Source of the DNA: Mizuhopecten yessoensis
Taxonomy: Eukaryota
Assembly (NCBI RefSeq): GCF_002113885.1
Contig: NW_018406397.1
Location: 1,438,062 to 1,502,061 of the forward strand
Direction: 5' to 3'
Length of the DNA: 64,000 nucleotides
The stretch's first letter is position 1. Each line of letters starts with the position of its first letter. The notes beneath the pieces are model-generated. The model had not been told where the DNA came from. It did not search any database and saw only the letters and a list, made by a program, of their open reading frames with translations. Both the position numbers and the translations under genes were made by a program. Positions 26,711 to 40,070 of this stretch are shown here, piece by piece.

Positions 26711-28947
26711 TTGTTCTTAAAACTCGGAAATACGGGTTATTTAGCGAAACACTCTACTTAAATATATCAAATGCTTGTCTTATTGATTACGAACAGTCAA
26801 TTTACACAAAATATGATCTAAATGTACTGTAATACAAACTTCATATGCTTGACAAGTATGAGTACACAAAGTAGACTTGTGTATGATCAAATAGCAAGGA
26901 GGATGTAGTATTATTTCTTTGGAAAAATATATTTCTTTCTTGAAAATGCTGATTATTTTAGAACCAAAAATAGTTTTGTAATAGCAATGTATACTTCTGG
27001 AAACACGTTTTACTACCTAAACATACATACAAACAAATATACATATGTTAAGATTGCACGCTCGAGATCGTCTAGGCCATGAAAACCAAATAGTCAATCG
27101 CGCGAAACCTTCAATAATTAACAAAAATTTACCAGATATGTTAATACGAACAGATCAGGAGAGCTACTATCTCCTAGTCTTTGTTTGATTTCAGTCCTAT
27201 CACAAATGGACTGTTAAGTTCATGCTTAATGTCGCCTCCTGTAGTATCAAATTGGTATAAAATGAGATTATCTAGACCACGCCATCAAATACTCGTCAGG
27301 GTTGTGGTCAGTCGTAGCGTTGTAATCTTCCATTATATAATACCTTGGGGCCAGGGATTCGACACCATCAAGGGACAACCCCAACCAACTAACTGTTGAA
27401 TACCAAAAGCTCCGGTTTGAGAAAATACAAATGAAAAAGACATAGTTACACCAACGTCAAATTACAAAACACCAATCACTTGTATACCATACGCTCACTA
27501 AAGAGCTTGAAGATATATTAAGACAATTGTGAACTGTATTACCTTCAACGTGAAATAACTCCAATAAGCATTATATCCAGGAACACTCTTCGTCAAAAGT
27601 TTTAAAATTGTCTGACGTTGAAGTTGCAGGACACTAACCAATGTTATCAGTGTGATTCTAAAACTTCCAGAAAATGAAATCCACAGGTAGGAAAACAAAT
27701 ACCATCAGCTGTTTAGAAATCACAGACATATATTTTTATCACGACATTCATGAAAAAGTCTAAGTGATATACAATTTCTGATCCAATGAAAATCTTGGTA
27801 ATTCAAAGTTTATCATAAAAAGCCGCGTGTCAGTTAAGACGCTATCGGTAATAGTGGCGAAATAACGACAAATGCTAACCATAGATATTGTGGCCGTCAA
27901 TAAACTGCTGACGTCATTGGTATCATAACGTCCGTAGCTCTAACAACCATATCAGCTCTTAGTGAGACAACAAAGAGGCAGGCGACGATACTCATTATTG
28001 GCTATAAAGATTTAAATCAAAGGATGTAAAACTGATACGAAAATGACAATGAAAGCGCCAGTTTAAATATGAAACATAATTCTTTCCTATTATGAACAAA
28101 TTGTCTGGTTTCAGAAAGTAATATGTATTTCAGCCGTAAAAAAACGCCAGGAAAAAAACCCAGAAAGTTTTGGGAACCTCAATATTTAATTCTACGTGTA
28201 CAACCTCCGACTATACATTCTAGAACATTTTGAACCCAAGTATAGAGTTAATATTTCTGGACTAATAAATCTAATTTAAGACAGTATTTTTACTCATGTG
28301 CTAATGAAGCGAGACCTAATTGCTACTTTTAAAAACATCAATATCCAATGATAATTTCAAGTTCAATAATTAATGAAACAAGCTACTTGTAGAATCCACC
28401 GCACATCTTTCTGGTCATCCAACATAGACATTTCTGACGAGAAGCTGTCGATAAAACCGTAATCAGAATAGGAAAGCAATAACTGAATTACTAATGTAAT
28501 TACTAGACTAATTGAGTGGAAACCTTACGGCATTCACACAATTCTTGTTAACCTTTGCTGTTTCTTGATTGTGTGAAACTCTTCACAGATACAATAAATT
28601 GCCATAAACTATTTATAAATTCCATTTTCAGAACTACTGCCTTAAATAGTTGCATTCAATAGTTCGATAAATGTGTTTATTGTGTATATGAAAAAAATCT
28701 AACCTTACTGTTTTTACCAATGGATTAATGATTAAAATCATTTCAAGATGACAAATATTTTTTTTTTTCCTTATTTCCTTTTAAGTTTATAATCCTTTTC
28801 TATATAACTTGGAAATAAAATTGAATTACAATTAAAATCGTTTTTGTTTTAAACTGCTTTTAGGATAAAACTCTTGCGTAAATAAGCATCCGATTCGTTA
28901 ATTAAACTGATTTTTAGTTGTCGAGTGGCCAGGTGCTCTTTTCTTAC

Positions 28948-29043
28948 CTCGGATCGTCGGTTTCTCCTTCCGAGTAGCTTTACTGTTGAAGCTCCCAGTT
29001 CCGGTTTAATTTAGCAAGGATCCAGTCGATTGCCCTTTTTATA
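28948..29043 (-). promoter_or_regulatory. Candidate core promoter and non-coding exon 1 of the insulin-like gene
   Basis: TATAAAAAGG starting at 29043; initiator-like CTAAATT about 31 nt downstream (about 29012); ATG-free exon of about 65 nt; donor GAG/GTAAGA at 28948/28947. The coding exon needs an upstream donor, but linkage across 20 kb is inferred. Confidence 0.55.
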
Positions 29044-30113
29044 TTGCACACTAGTATATAAATCTAGGGGTCGAGCGATAGCGAACCCCTACAACTGATT
29101 TAATTTCCGATCAAAGTCATAAGCGGGGACCAAAACAAGTGTGTCTTTACAGCTTCTAAAACATCTGTCATTTCAAAGTGTCGACAGATCGTCGATGACA
29201 AGGGAAGGTCGACTGAGGGGAGGAGGAGTGCAATGACGGACGGGAGAAGCGATGGACAGCACGCGCCCCTCAATAACACAGCCCACCTGACGGACACCCA
29301 GTCGACAGCACAGAGGCTTGAGCACGGCACCGCGATCTTATATATATCAGCAATCAGCACCAGCTCGCAATCGGTATCGGTTCTCATTCGGGCCCAGACA
29401 GGGGACATTTCTATCCTGTTTTTATTGGACGGGGCAAGTATGGGCCGTGTCACCGATCGCCAACGGTGATATGATTATTAATGATAATTCAATAATTGAA
29501 GATTATGATTGAGGAATCATTATCTACCATTGGTGCTAGGTAATGAAACAGTTCGCGTGGGAGAAATCCCGATAAATAGCGTAGCCCTGAGGTTAGTAAT
29601 TTTGTCCTCCTGACCTCTGGACGGAACTGGGTCATTTAAGTCGTTGTTAGTTTACTTGGTTATTTCATACATGTTATTTGGAGCAATTTGAATGAATTTA
29701 AATCTGCTTAATAAAACTCAGCATTTAGTTCAAATTATTGTATGTATTTTGCTCGCTTGTTCAATGAATAGGATAGTAATCTTCGATTAATGGTCTGTGG
29801 TATCTAACGTTACATTTATGACGTCATAATAATAATGACGTCGACAAGAGGGCCATGTCATTAACAGTCCACATGAATGCCATCTAACCTTGGTAGGGTC
29901 AGTTAGTGCCACGGAGTTGTATATATTGAGTCTTGAAGCAAAAAAAATTAAAAAAAATCTTAATCTTAAAGGAGCACTGATGTATGCGATTAATCTAAAC
30001 CTGTATTTTTCAGTCTTTTTTTAGATTATTAATTTATCATTTATCTGTCATCCATTATTTTAATAGGGCTATATAATTTCCACTGCAAATTTTTCAACGA
30101 GCATAACTAAGAA

Positions 30114-30141
30114 ATTGCGTTCATAGGGTTATGAACGCAAT
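30114..30141. repeat. Perfect 12 bp inverted repeat (stem-loop), possibly a terminal hairpin of a non-autonomous DNA element
   Basis: ATTGCGTTCATA-GGGT-TATGAACGCAAT. Confidence 0.7.
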
Positions 30142-31839
30142 CAGATAAGCGTCATTTTAGATTTTCCCCTCCCACCGCGATTTACACGAGACAACCGTTA
30201 GAAGTAAACATTTTGGTGACTTTAGGCTTCGTTTGAACTGATTACACAGACACTTCAATATCGAAAATGAAAGGGAGTACCTTTGTTTAGATCAATAATA
30301 ACTTAATATTTAGAATGTTAATATAAGGATTGAACGATATTTTTTCAATGTTCATGCCGGTATGAAATTTGAAAAAAAAAAAAAGTTCTATTATTATATC
30401 TACTCACTGATATATTTGTTTTTTCAAACAAACAAATCAATTGTAACTCTTAAATACGACGTGTAATGAACACGTTGTAATCTGTCACAGTAATATCTAC
30501 TTCGACCTTGTTTTCCATTCACCGAGATAAGAAAATTGGTCTGCGGGGTTGGTGGTGTGGTCTGTGGCTCTCCGACAGTACGGCTATAGGTACATAAAGT
30601 GTAGACAGATTAAAATTGCTTTCTCTCCTGCAATTACATATTGCGCCACAAGAAGGTAACCGAATCGATCTTACGAGATTTTCACGCACTCTGTGCAGAG
30701 ATTTGCAAACTAGACCAGATGTGAGCCCATACCTTCGGGGTCGTTTTTTTAACTTTCCCAGTTTTCTCCGTCTCATCTTGCATGAAATTAGTTTTTGTAT
30801 AATATAATCTCATGTGGCTATATACTTGTTAACCTCTACAAAATAAGGTCTGAACAAGTGACGCTAAAAGGAACGTTTATTCGGGGAAATATCAAACATG
30901 TGTACTATAAGTAATTGTTCTCAAGTTGTTAAACGGTTCAATTAGTGCAACTTCGACCATTTATATTGATTAAAGTATAGTGGATATTATCGATTTCTTC
31001 GACAAACAGGACTGAACAAGACAGTATCAGTACAATAAGGTAATACACGTCTATGACACAGGGACCCGGCACGTTGACGTACACCTAACAACAATAAATG
31101 CTATGACGTAAGCACTTGTAACGTCATTTCCGGCATAACCATTTGAAATGTACACAGCTCTAAAAAGATGTAGTTTGAAATTTTGCTATATTGTGAACAC
31201 ATAACCGCTAGCCACAATCAGTACTAAATAAGGTCAACATTATTCAGGTGACTAATTCAATATCTCATCCAATCAGAGGTCAGAAGGGCCATTTTCGATT
31301 TTGAATCCCCCCTCCCTGTGAAAAAAAAGGGGGGGGGGGAGAAGTAGTAACATTTGGTTAGGTCTACACGCACCAAGCCTGGTTAAAAGTTGCCTTGTCG
31401 AAATTAATTAGACTATGTCTACGCAATAATCAAAGGCAATGGTGGTAAACTTTGAATTTGGTCGAAAAAGAAGAGAAAACAATTTGTGGGTGGGTTGCTA
31501 TAATCATTAACACTTTTGTGTTAGTGAATCATGAGAAAAAGGATTGATTGTCTCGTCCCCTAGATATATATGTTTGACCGATTGGGCGTGTCACCCGGAC
31601 CTCCGTTTGACGTCAATATATACTGTAAATATTGATATCAACCTATTGACACGTATAAAACAGTGTAATTAAACGTGTTTAATTGCTCTTAAGTTGTTAA
31701 ATGGTTCAAGTATTGCAATTTAAACAATTAACCTTATATAAATAGGTCGTCTTATCAATGTCTCTGGCAAACAAGATTTCTCCCAAGCGTAAGCATTTGT
31801 AAGGGACAGACAAATCGATATAATAATGGTAATTACGAA

Positions 31840-32175
31840 TTTGTGACACAGGGGCTAGACACATTGATGTAGAACTAAAAGCCTGGATGTAAGCATTAGT
31901 GACTCAGGGGCATGGCACAATTATACAATAATAAAAGCCTGTACATAAGCATTATTGACACAGGAGCATGACACATTTATAAAATAGTAAATGCTTTTAA
32001 GTAAACATTAGTTACACAGGGGCCTGGTACATCTATACAATAAAAAAGCCCGAACCTAAACATTTATAACACAGGGGCCTTGTACATTATACAATAGTTA
32101 CACAGGGCCTGGTACATTCATGCAATAATAAAGGCCTGGACAGACGTTTTTGTGAAACAGGGCATGGTATATGAA
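31840..32175. repeat. Degenerate tandem repeat, about 57 bp unit
   Basis: ACACAGGGGC(A/C)TGG.ACAT.TATACAATA recurs about 6 times. Confidence 0.8.
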
Positions 32176-35100
32176 TAACAATTTTCTTGATGTAAAGTTT
32201 TTGATACTGAGGGACCAGATATTTGGTGACAAATTTTCATGAATATGTAATTATGATCGTTAGCATGACTTGTGATTTGTAGCCTCAGCCATGACAATTC
32301 CACGTCCACCTGACAAATGCTATCCAGCTGATGTAATCTCTAGCCCGGAGTCCGGTGACGGTCAGTGCTCTATCACATACGACCAGAGCACTGCTGTGCC
32401 GAATTTCGCGTATACCTACAGATCAAGCTTAAAACATTAAAAGGCTAATGGCGGTCATGTTGGGATGAAATAACAATGCAAGCACTTATCAATTTCCATA
32501 AATTTAATCCCTCCAAAGTTGAAATATAAGTACAATACGTTTGCATATCTTCATAAAAGCGATGTTAATTATTGGACTATTAATGCAATGGTAATTATTG
32601 GGCTGTGAATGCAAAATTAACAGGATGACGTCATAATGATGTATCAGGAAATGGCGCAATTATTATGGGGGACATCTTGAGTGTTATAGATACAGTGTAG
32701 TCCGTTATGATTTGAGGACATGTCGCATGACTTCTTCATCAATATGGCAGAAATATGATAAATTTGATACCACTGACTCTTTGTCTTCAACATGTATAAC
32801 ACATTCATCTTTTTTCTATAGATACGAATTTGTATCAATGAATTGATTTTGTATGAAATTCAAAAATTCCGAAAAGGCTTAGATAAGAATGTATTTGCTT
32901 TAAGTGCAAAATGATAATCCAGTAGTATTCTTTTCGCTTAAACTCTAAACACTGTTTTCTAAGTAAGTGATTTAGACAAATTGAAATGATTATTAGATAA
33001 GATCTGTATCAGATTGTCAAGTGTTTGTGATATTTATTATATGATTGTTTGCTTTAATATTCATACACATGCCACATTGACTGTGCTTTTTGTTTTACTA
33101 GAACGTGATTCATACTTTCACGTATATATTACATAATGTATATTTAACCCATTTTGCTCGCTTCGCCGACGTTAGCTTTTAAAACTTGGTCATTGCCCGA
33201 CCCTTTAAAAAGCGAAACACTATTAATAAAACTGATAACATAGATTTTAAAAGATTTGGGTATTTCCTAAATTGTTTAGAAATTCAATCTTTTAAGCAAG
33301 AAATTGATATGGACTCAGAATACAAAAAATGTAATCATTATCCAATGTAACGATAGTATTTAAACCCAATCATCAAGCATAGTTAACGTTGTGGAAACAG
33401 GTGATTAGCATCGACTACAGGTGAAAATATAGACTTATCTCAACCCACTTACCCATTTAAAAGATCATAAACAAGGGCTTTGCATCGCTTGCGCATTTCG
33501 TCCTTTTATTGTCTCTTGGGGGTCCGACCTCCCCGCTATTGGGGGTCTACCTGCCCTGACCTCGAATACCTGGTCATATTAACGAAGAAGCGAAGATCAC
33601 CCGATGCCCTGGAACCATTCAGGCTATTGTGTATTGTTTAAAGGTTCTATTGTTAATTATATCTCATTAGGCTGACCGTACACGCTGTATCCTCGGGACG
33701 GTGTTAATGGTTATAACACAAAGGTTAGGACGTTCTTTGGAAAAAAAAGTGATCAGCTTGCTAACAAGAATCAATAATACTTGGCGTTTACCACCCCATC
33801 AATTATATATTTTTAATTCTTAGCTTATTTACTTTTCTGTTTAATTAAATGTTTATAACGTACGCTACCCCACGCGTGGTCTAGTAACAATACACTAGGT
33901 CAAAAGGTCAACAGGTCAAACTATCGGTTCATGGTTTACAGGAGGCGTACTATATTTTTTGCTTGCGCTGATTGTCATTCCGTTCCTTATAAAATCTTTA
34001 TAAAAAAAAATATGAATTCTAAAAAAACATATATGATACATATTTATCTTTATGTATGTTCCAAGGAGGCGATGCCAGATGCCTTCTGACTGTGATTTTG
34101 GAACGAGGAAGGGGTTGTTTGGTGCATAGATATTCGTCCGCTGATCAAAATGGCAGTTGATGACGTCGTTGGACATGGGTCATACAATTACTAACAATTT
34201 TCATACAAACAATTGTTTATGCACCTCGTTTTAGGGATTAGACAAAATTTAGTTTTTAGCACATGTGAAAAACAGGAACAGTCAATGTCAGTACTTCCTT
34301 ACTATCCGTTCGTTCCATGTCCAGTTTTAGTCCATATGACCACAAACGCACGGAGACAAACGGTAGACCTAAAGGTAGACAGCTACATTTGTAGTTGAAC
34401 CTGCCGAACTCCCCATCGAACATACAAATGTACGTAAACAAAAGTAACGGTGTTGACCTCGAAGCTAATTGTTGCCCGTACTTTTGTCTTCAAGAAGTGA
34501 AAGTGATGTACCCACATATTTCACATATTTTTTCCAAATCAGCTTTCGTCATCTTTTAGAAAATCGTTTACATATTTTGGTTGCGACCCTTTTCACATTA
34601 GGTGGGAAGTAATGTTTACTTTTCGTTTAATTAGAGAAAGGTTACAAGCTATATTGTTCATGAGCGATAAACTTTTCTTTCCTAGGATTATGCTGATGAT
34701 GCTGTTTTAACCAAACGTTGTGGTTACAGCCTTTTAAAATATTGATATTCATGTTATTGTTAGATAATGATTTGTCCATAGATTGATTACTCGACTAATG
34801 AATGGTAAATACATCGATCGGCTCGTTGAAACGCTGTGGCCACACACAAGGTCAAACGACATACGAATTAGCTACGCAAACCTCTTTAAGAAGATTTAAA
34901 ATGAGAAAAATAGGCTTTAGAAATATGGCCACCTGCTAAGCCATACGGCTTAGAGCTTGGTACAGTAGTTCTATTAATTCCCAAACGTTACCTAATGTGT
35001 CGGTCTGGGAAGTTGTGCATGCTCCGCATTTTACGGAAGCGATTTGGATACCATTTAAGATGATGAAAACAAATTTCGAGTTCTCTATGTAGAATAGTGT

Positions 35101-35667
35101 GAAAACGTTAGACTCATCGTAAAGCTTGTACAATTCCCTTTCCAAAGATAAACAGCTTTACGAGATTGGTAGAATATTAAAGAATTTAGAAACTGTTGAA
35201 ATTCACAGTTATATAGTTCTCGTTCGTTTAATTTTGTCTCAAAACCGACAGACAAATACACTTAACATGTCTTACGAGAAGGTTCCGTCAGATGTTGCCT
35301 ATTCTACATGTCCTGGAATGTTGTTGTTTTGGCTGTATTCATACCGTAACAAAAAAACGCATGTCCAATAACAAAGTGACAATAGAATTAATGCGTTTTG
35401 TCTCCAGAAGCAGACCCTATTTCCATAAAAACTGTCGGTGAGTCCTGATGGCAGGTTTCCAATAAGGTACGGAGGTATCCATTGTGTTCATCGAGTGTCG
35501 GAGACAGGTTTGGAGGATGGTCATCCCCACTACTGACCGGGGAGTAGACAGGAAGCTTATACATGCATATTCCTAATCAATGAATTGCGGCGCCTTTTCC
35601 ACTGACATTGCCGTTTCCTGCTCACGATTTACTTTTAGATAATTTGTAATAGGCTCTCACCATAAAC

Positions 35668-36015
35668 AAACCCCTATGACTAACGCTTAGGTAAGTTGTA
35701 TAAGGCTAGGACAATCAGCCAGATCTAAAGTCACTATTTAATTGATTTTAACTTTGCAGTTACCATCTGCCCGTCTCTATAATAAAATATCAAGAAACCC
35801 CTATGACTACGATAAGGTAAGTTGTATAAGGCTAGAACCATCAGCCAGGCCTAAAATTACTATCTAATTGATTGTTAACTTGGCAGTAACCATCAGCTTG
35901 TCTCTATAACGAAACCTCAACCAGCTCATATGACTAACGATTATAACCAAGCAGGCAGAAAATGACTATTTAGTCATTTGAACTTGAGTGTAACTATTCG
36001 CCAGTCTCAATAACG
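35668..36015. repeat. Degenerate tandem repeat, about 127 bp unit, 2-3 copies
   Basis: AACCCCTATGACTA....AGGTAAGTTGTATAAGGCTAG at about 35669 and 35796. Confidence 0.8.
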
Positions 36016-36229
36016 AACCGTCAGGCAGTCAGCATGACGATAATTAACAAAGCTGTAACCATCGACAAGTTCCCGATAAGGACGTAAAGATCATAATCCT
36101 CATTACAATGCACAACAGCAAAACAATATTGAAGTGTCTATAAACCATAATTCGAACTCAGTATTAGGAAATTAATGCAAAATTGAACAAGGCAAAGAAT
36201 TACATGGATACCATTCAGAAAGCACATGT

Positions 36230-36520
36230 ATAATAAGACCAGGTGTTCCGGAGTGTAAGCGTCTTCTGCTCCAATGACCCGTCGTGTAAATCTATGTCAA
36301 ACCTAAGTAATGACGCATCCTCACATTGAGAACTCGACTAGTGACACCAAAGCAACAAAGCACACTAATGAGCATAAACAAACGTAGACCTCGGGATCAC
36401 TCAAAGAAATTGCATAGCTTCCTATGAGATCATGGTGGCGACCATTCAACTTATCAGTTGCTTCCATCAATCTGCATCATTGGAAACCCGGTGTAGTACG
36501 TTTGTCCGTCAGCAATCAAC
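36230..36520 (-). mobile_element. Penelope-like retroelement 3' remnant
   Basis: Minus strand from 36515 translates LLTDKRTTPGFQ*CRLMEATDKLNGRHHDLIGSYAISL, resembling the LLTxKLLxQG...KFYGRHHDL motif I recall from mollusc Penelope-like elements. Followed by a GAGCAGAAGACGCTTACACTCCGGAACACCTGG tail. Confidence 0.65.
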
Positions 36521-36845
36521 TGCGACTTATAAACAGCGAAGGTAAGGGAAAGAGGGATGCTACTATAAAGAAAGGGAAAGATCGAAGTCAAATGTCTAAC
36601 GATTTAGAAATAATGTGATATAGGCTGTGATAAACAGCCAGTGCCTATAACGATCACTGGTAAGTAAGGCCAGATAATTAAAGAAGAAGAAATAAACAGA
36701 TTGTTGTTTGTCAATACAAACGTAGTAATAAATGGTTTTATAAGAAGACTGTACTGTCGTACTTCTGTAATCAAGACGCTTTAATTCCAATGTTAATTTC
36801 TGAATTGGCGAATTTCTTAATTGTTAAATTATGAATATCTACTTT

Positions 36846-36920
36846 ATACAGGATATCTAACCTTGTCTTCAGCAATACAAAATCACGAGTGTGGCTAATA
36901 TTTTGATATCTTTCACGATT
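36846..36920. mobile_element. Single arm of a palindromic MITE-like repeat
   Basis: TATACAGGATATCTAAC...CACGAGTGTGGCTAATATTTTGATATCTTTCACGA; start and CACGAG motif resemble the 55838 element; no partner arm seen. Confidence 0.4.
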
Positions 36921-38174
36921 TCATCGGAACATGAAACGACGCATCAAACTGACAATACAATCCAGACAACCCTATGCGACAAAATATAGTCCTCTCTGCA
37001 CTAATTTTGATAAAATGTAAAAATTCATAATTAAATTCCATTAGTTACCTAATTAAATTAGGTAGGCACCTAAGTTAATATTTTTGATAAAGTATGCCAA
37101 ATTACTATCATAATTTAACTATTTAGAAAAAGTTCCGTCATAAGCGCCGAATCTAAAATGGTGCCGAGTCGGAAAAAGCAGAGTTGTTCTGTCACCACTT
37201 ATATATCCTGATGATAAAATAACAACACCATACCTATGTAAGTTTTCCTTTTGACACTGGTTCTCTTATACATTCTGCCGCCAATTGCTTAGCCTAACTT
37301 GGGACATTAAGACGCTGACACCGTGACTCTTCTCCGATCAAATAGTTAGAATTGCTGACCTGCATAGCCTGCTGGCTTTCATGAAACTGAAAGTTGATTT
37401 GTGGAATAAAACGTTGCGTTTCCCACAGAGAAAAAAACCCTCATGATATTTCACTGGGATAAATGTAATAACATGCAATATGTTTTTACATTTATCAATA
37501 TGTTTTTGGCATTCTGTATCAATAACCAAATTGCAAAGGTGTAATAACATATATTTGTCTTACATCCTTACTCTTCGAGGTTTATTGTAACCTTGATGGG
37601 CACATTTCGATCTCCAAGTAATGGCATATTTTATAATAAACTTGTACACATTTAACTCTTGGTCGATCTGAAATTAACCAGTACTCCTCTTATATGAAAT
37701 TCCTAAATAATTGGGATTTTTCACCTTCCATTTAAGGTAACAGTAACATACGATGACTTCTGGGTCATTTACAAGACATACAAATGAAATTAACCGAATA
37801 GTTATTACATCTAGTTTGATGTTACCTGTTTCGCTCACCAGATCAAATTGAAAGAATACGAATAGAGCATTGTGAACTAATTGAAGCAATCCTCATTTAT
37901 ATTACTACCCGTGGCGATGTTATTCGGTATTATGGACACAATATTTCAAAATATTCAAAGCATGATCATAAAAACTGAAATAAAATTTGTGTTAAACCTT
38001 GTTTTGAAATAAACAATTGTAAATTACATTACATGAACTAAAAGGAAACAAAAACAAGTGTCATGACACTGGTGTAAATTTGTTATCTGCTTCATAACCA
38101 ATCATTTCAACACAAGCTTCGGGAAGGAAGTAGCATTAACCTGAACAACAGATGTTTGACGTGCCTACTTGCAG

Positions 38175-38450
38175 GCATGTATGCATATGTTCGTAGGTAT
38201 GCATGCATNNNNNNNNNNNNNNNNNNNNNNNNNNNNNNNNNNNNNNNNNNNNNNNNNNNNNNNNNNNNNNNNNNNNNNNNNNNNNNNNNNNNNNNNNNNN
38301 NNNNNNNNNNNNNNNNNNNNNNNNNNNNNNNNNNNNNNNNNNNNNNNNNNNNNNNNNNNNNNNNNNNNNNNNNNNNNNNNNNNNNNNNNNNNNNNNNNNN
38401 NNNNNNNNNNNNNNNNNNNNNNNNNNNNNNNNNNNGCATGCACGCATGTT
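38175..38450. other. Assembly gap within a (GCAT/GTAT)n microsatellite
   Basis: N run of about 227 nt (about 38209-38435) flanked by GCATGCAT. Confidence 0.97.
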
Positions 38451-39078
38451 TGTGTTTGTGGACATATATCACTGTACTACTATGTATTACAATAAAATGT
38501 GTATGCTTTTGTCTATGAAGAAAATGAAGAAATAAAAATTAAAAAAATAAAATTAAAAAAAACCCTTAACAGAACAAATGCGGGAATAAGGAAGGGGGTG
38601 ATGGCTTGGTATGCAGTGGACACAACCAGAGAATAATATATCAATATACGTGTGATCATCACATGTTAATATCATATTACTATATTGCAATGAGAATATA
38701 GAACACGATTCGGTATAATATAATTATGTTAAAACCGACTGAATTTTCAGCAATGCTGTAAATGGACACTCGACGACTGTTGAAATGTATATATAAATTA
38801 CACATCACAAAATACCACTGACTAACTTTTGACAAATTGTGTATGTTACAGTGTACCACCATGATTATTAGAAATAAAATGTGATATGTGTTTTTTTACA
38901 GCCACACTTATTTTACTATCATGATGTTCTGGCAATAGTAACGACCTACAGTTCGAGAGTTGATGAAGACAAGAGACCATAATGGATACAATAGACAGCA
39001 ACAGGAAAACATTTTGAAACTGAATATTTCTTGGAAAGTCGACTACTGTATGATTTAAGGAAAACTAATAGCAAATTG

Positions 39079-40070
39079 TGCTCGCTTTGCATATTTTTCA
39101 GTACAATAAAGGCAGTTCAGCTTTCATAACACAACGACATTGGTTAAGGCGGTCTGCCATATATCTAGTGATATAATTAGAATCGATATACCGATCTCTC
39201 AGTTAGCACATGTTATGCCTCGTGTAAATATGTATTTACAAGATTTCGAAACCAGGACCATAAAAACTGAAATATACTCCTGTATTTTACAATCAAAGCT
39301 ATCTTACAATAGGGGTATTCTACCAATTGGAATGGACCACATTCCAAAGCGAAGAAAAACTTTGAAGGCAAATTGCAACGAAAATATTCCTTTAAAAAGA
39401 ACCTGAAGCGATTTAACTACAAGATTTCGAAACAAAGACCATGAAAACTTAAATAAACTCATGATTTAATAATCAAAACTATTTCACAATATGAGTATAT
39501 TCTGGCTAGTCACGGGTAAATATAGTTAACAGTCTGAAGTCTTAACATTATAAATCTGATGTTTGTTACACAGAGACCAAACAGAAGACATCGAATCATG
39601 TAATAGTCACGGGTAAATATAGTTTATCATGTATACAAACTAAATGAATTGATTTTTTTCATGAATTGTTCATAATTTCTGCAAAACTGTGTTTATTGAG
39701 GGCCTAAGCCTTTAAGACAATGTCTGTTCAGAGTATGTGCCTCTTATACAAAATATTTAAATGCTGATATGTCTATCAGTTTGTTATGATCATCTAGCTA
39801 GAGGACAGTACCTACTGTTATAGGTGTAAAACACAACTAGAGATCATTGAACATACAATGAAACGTAGGTGAGTTGATAAATCAAAACAAACAAAATTGC
39901 AAAATAACTGCTCGCTTTGCTTTTTATTTTAAGTACAATAATGGTAAATCACCTTTCATAACACAACGACATTGGTTGAGGCAGCCTGCCATCTATCTAG
40001 TGATAATTAAATTACCAAAATAAAAGTCGACAAACCAGTCTCTTAATTTGCACATGGTGTGCCTCGTGTG
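39079..40070. repeat. Diverged direct repeats of about 150 bp, about 830 bp apart
   Basis: TGCTCGCTTTGC...CTTTCATAACACAACGACATTGGTT...TATCTAGTGATA...GCACATG..GCCTCGTGT at 39079-39226 and 39910-40069. Confidence 0.8.

Noticed and set aside
27278-27300. 19 of 23 nt match to the insulin exon (RHQILVR on the plus strand in both places)
   Set aside because: Similarity is in the non-coding frame, does not extend, and gives a stop and no Cys in the insulin frame; consistent with chance
36230-36520. Hammerhead ribozyme expected near a Penelope-like remnant
   Set aside because: Manual scan of CTGANGA motifs in the window (e.g. near 4220, 6155, 28434, 48466) found none with a proper stem II and GAAA arrangement; a covariance-model search would be decisive
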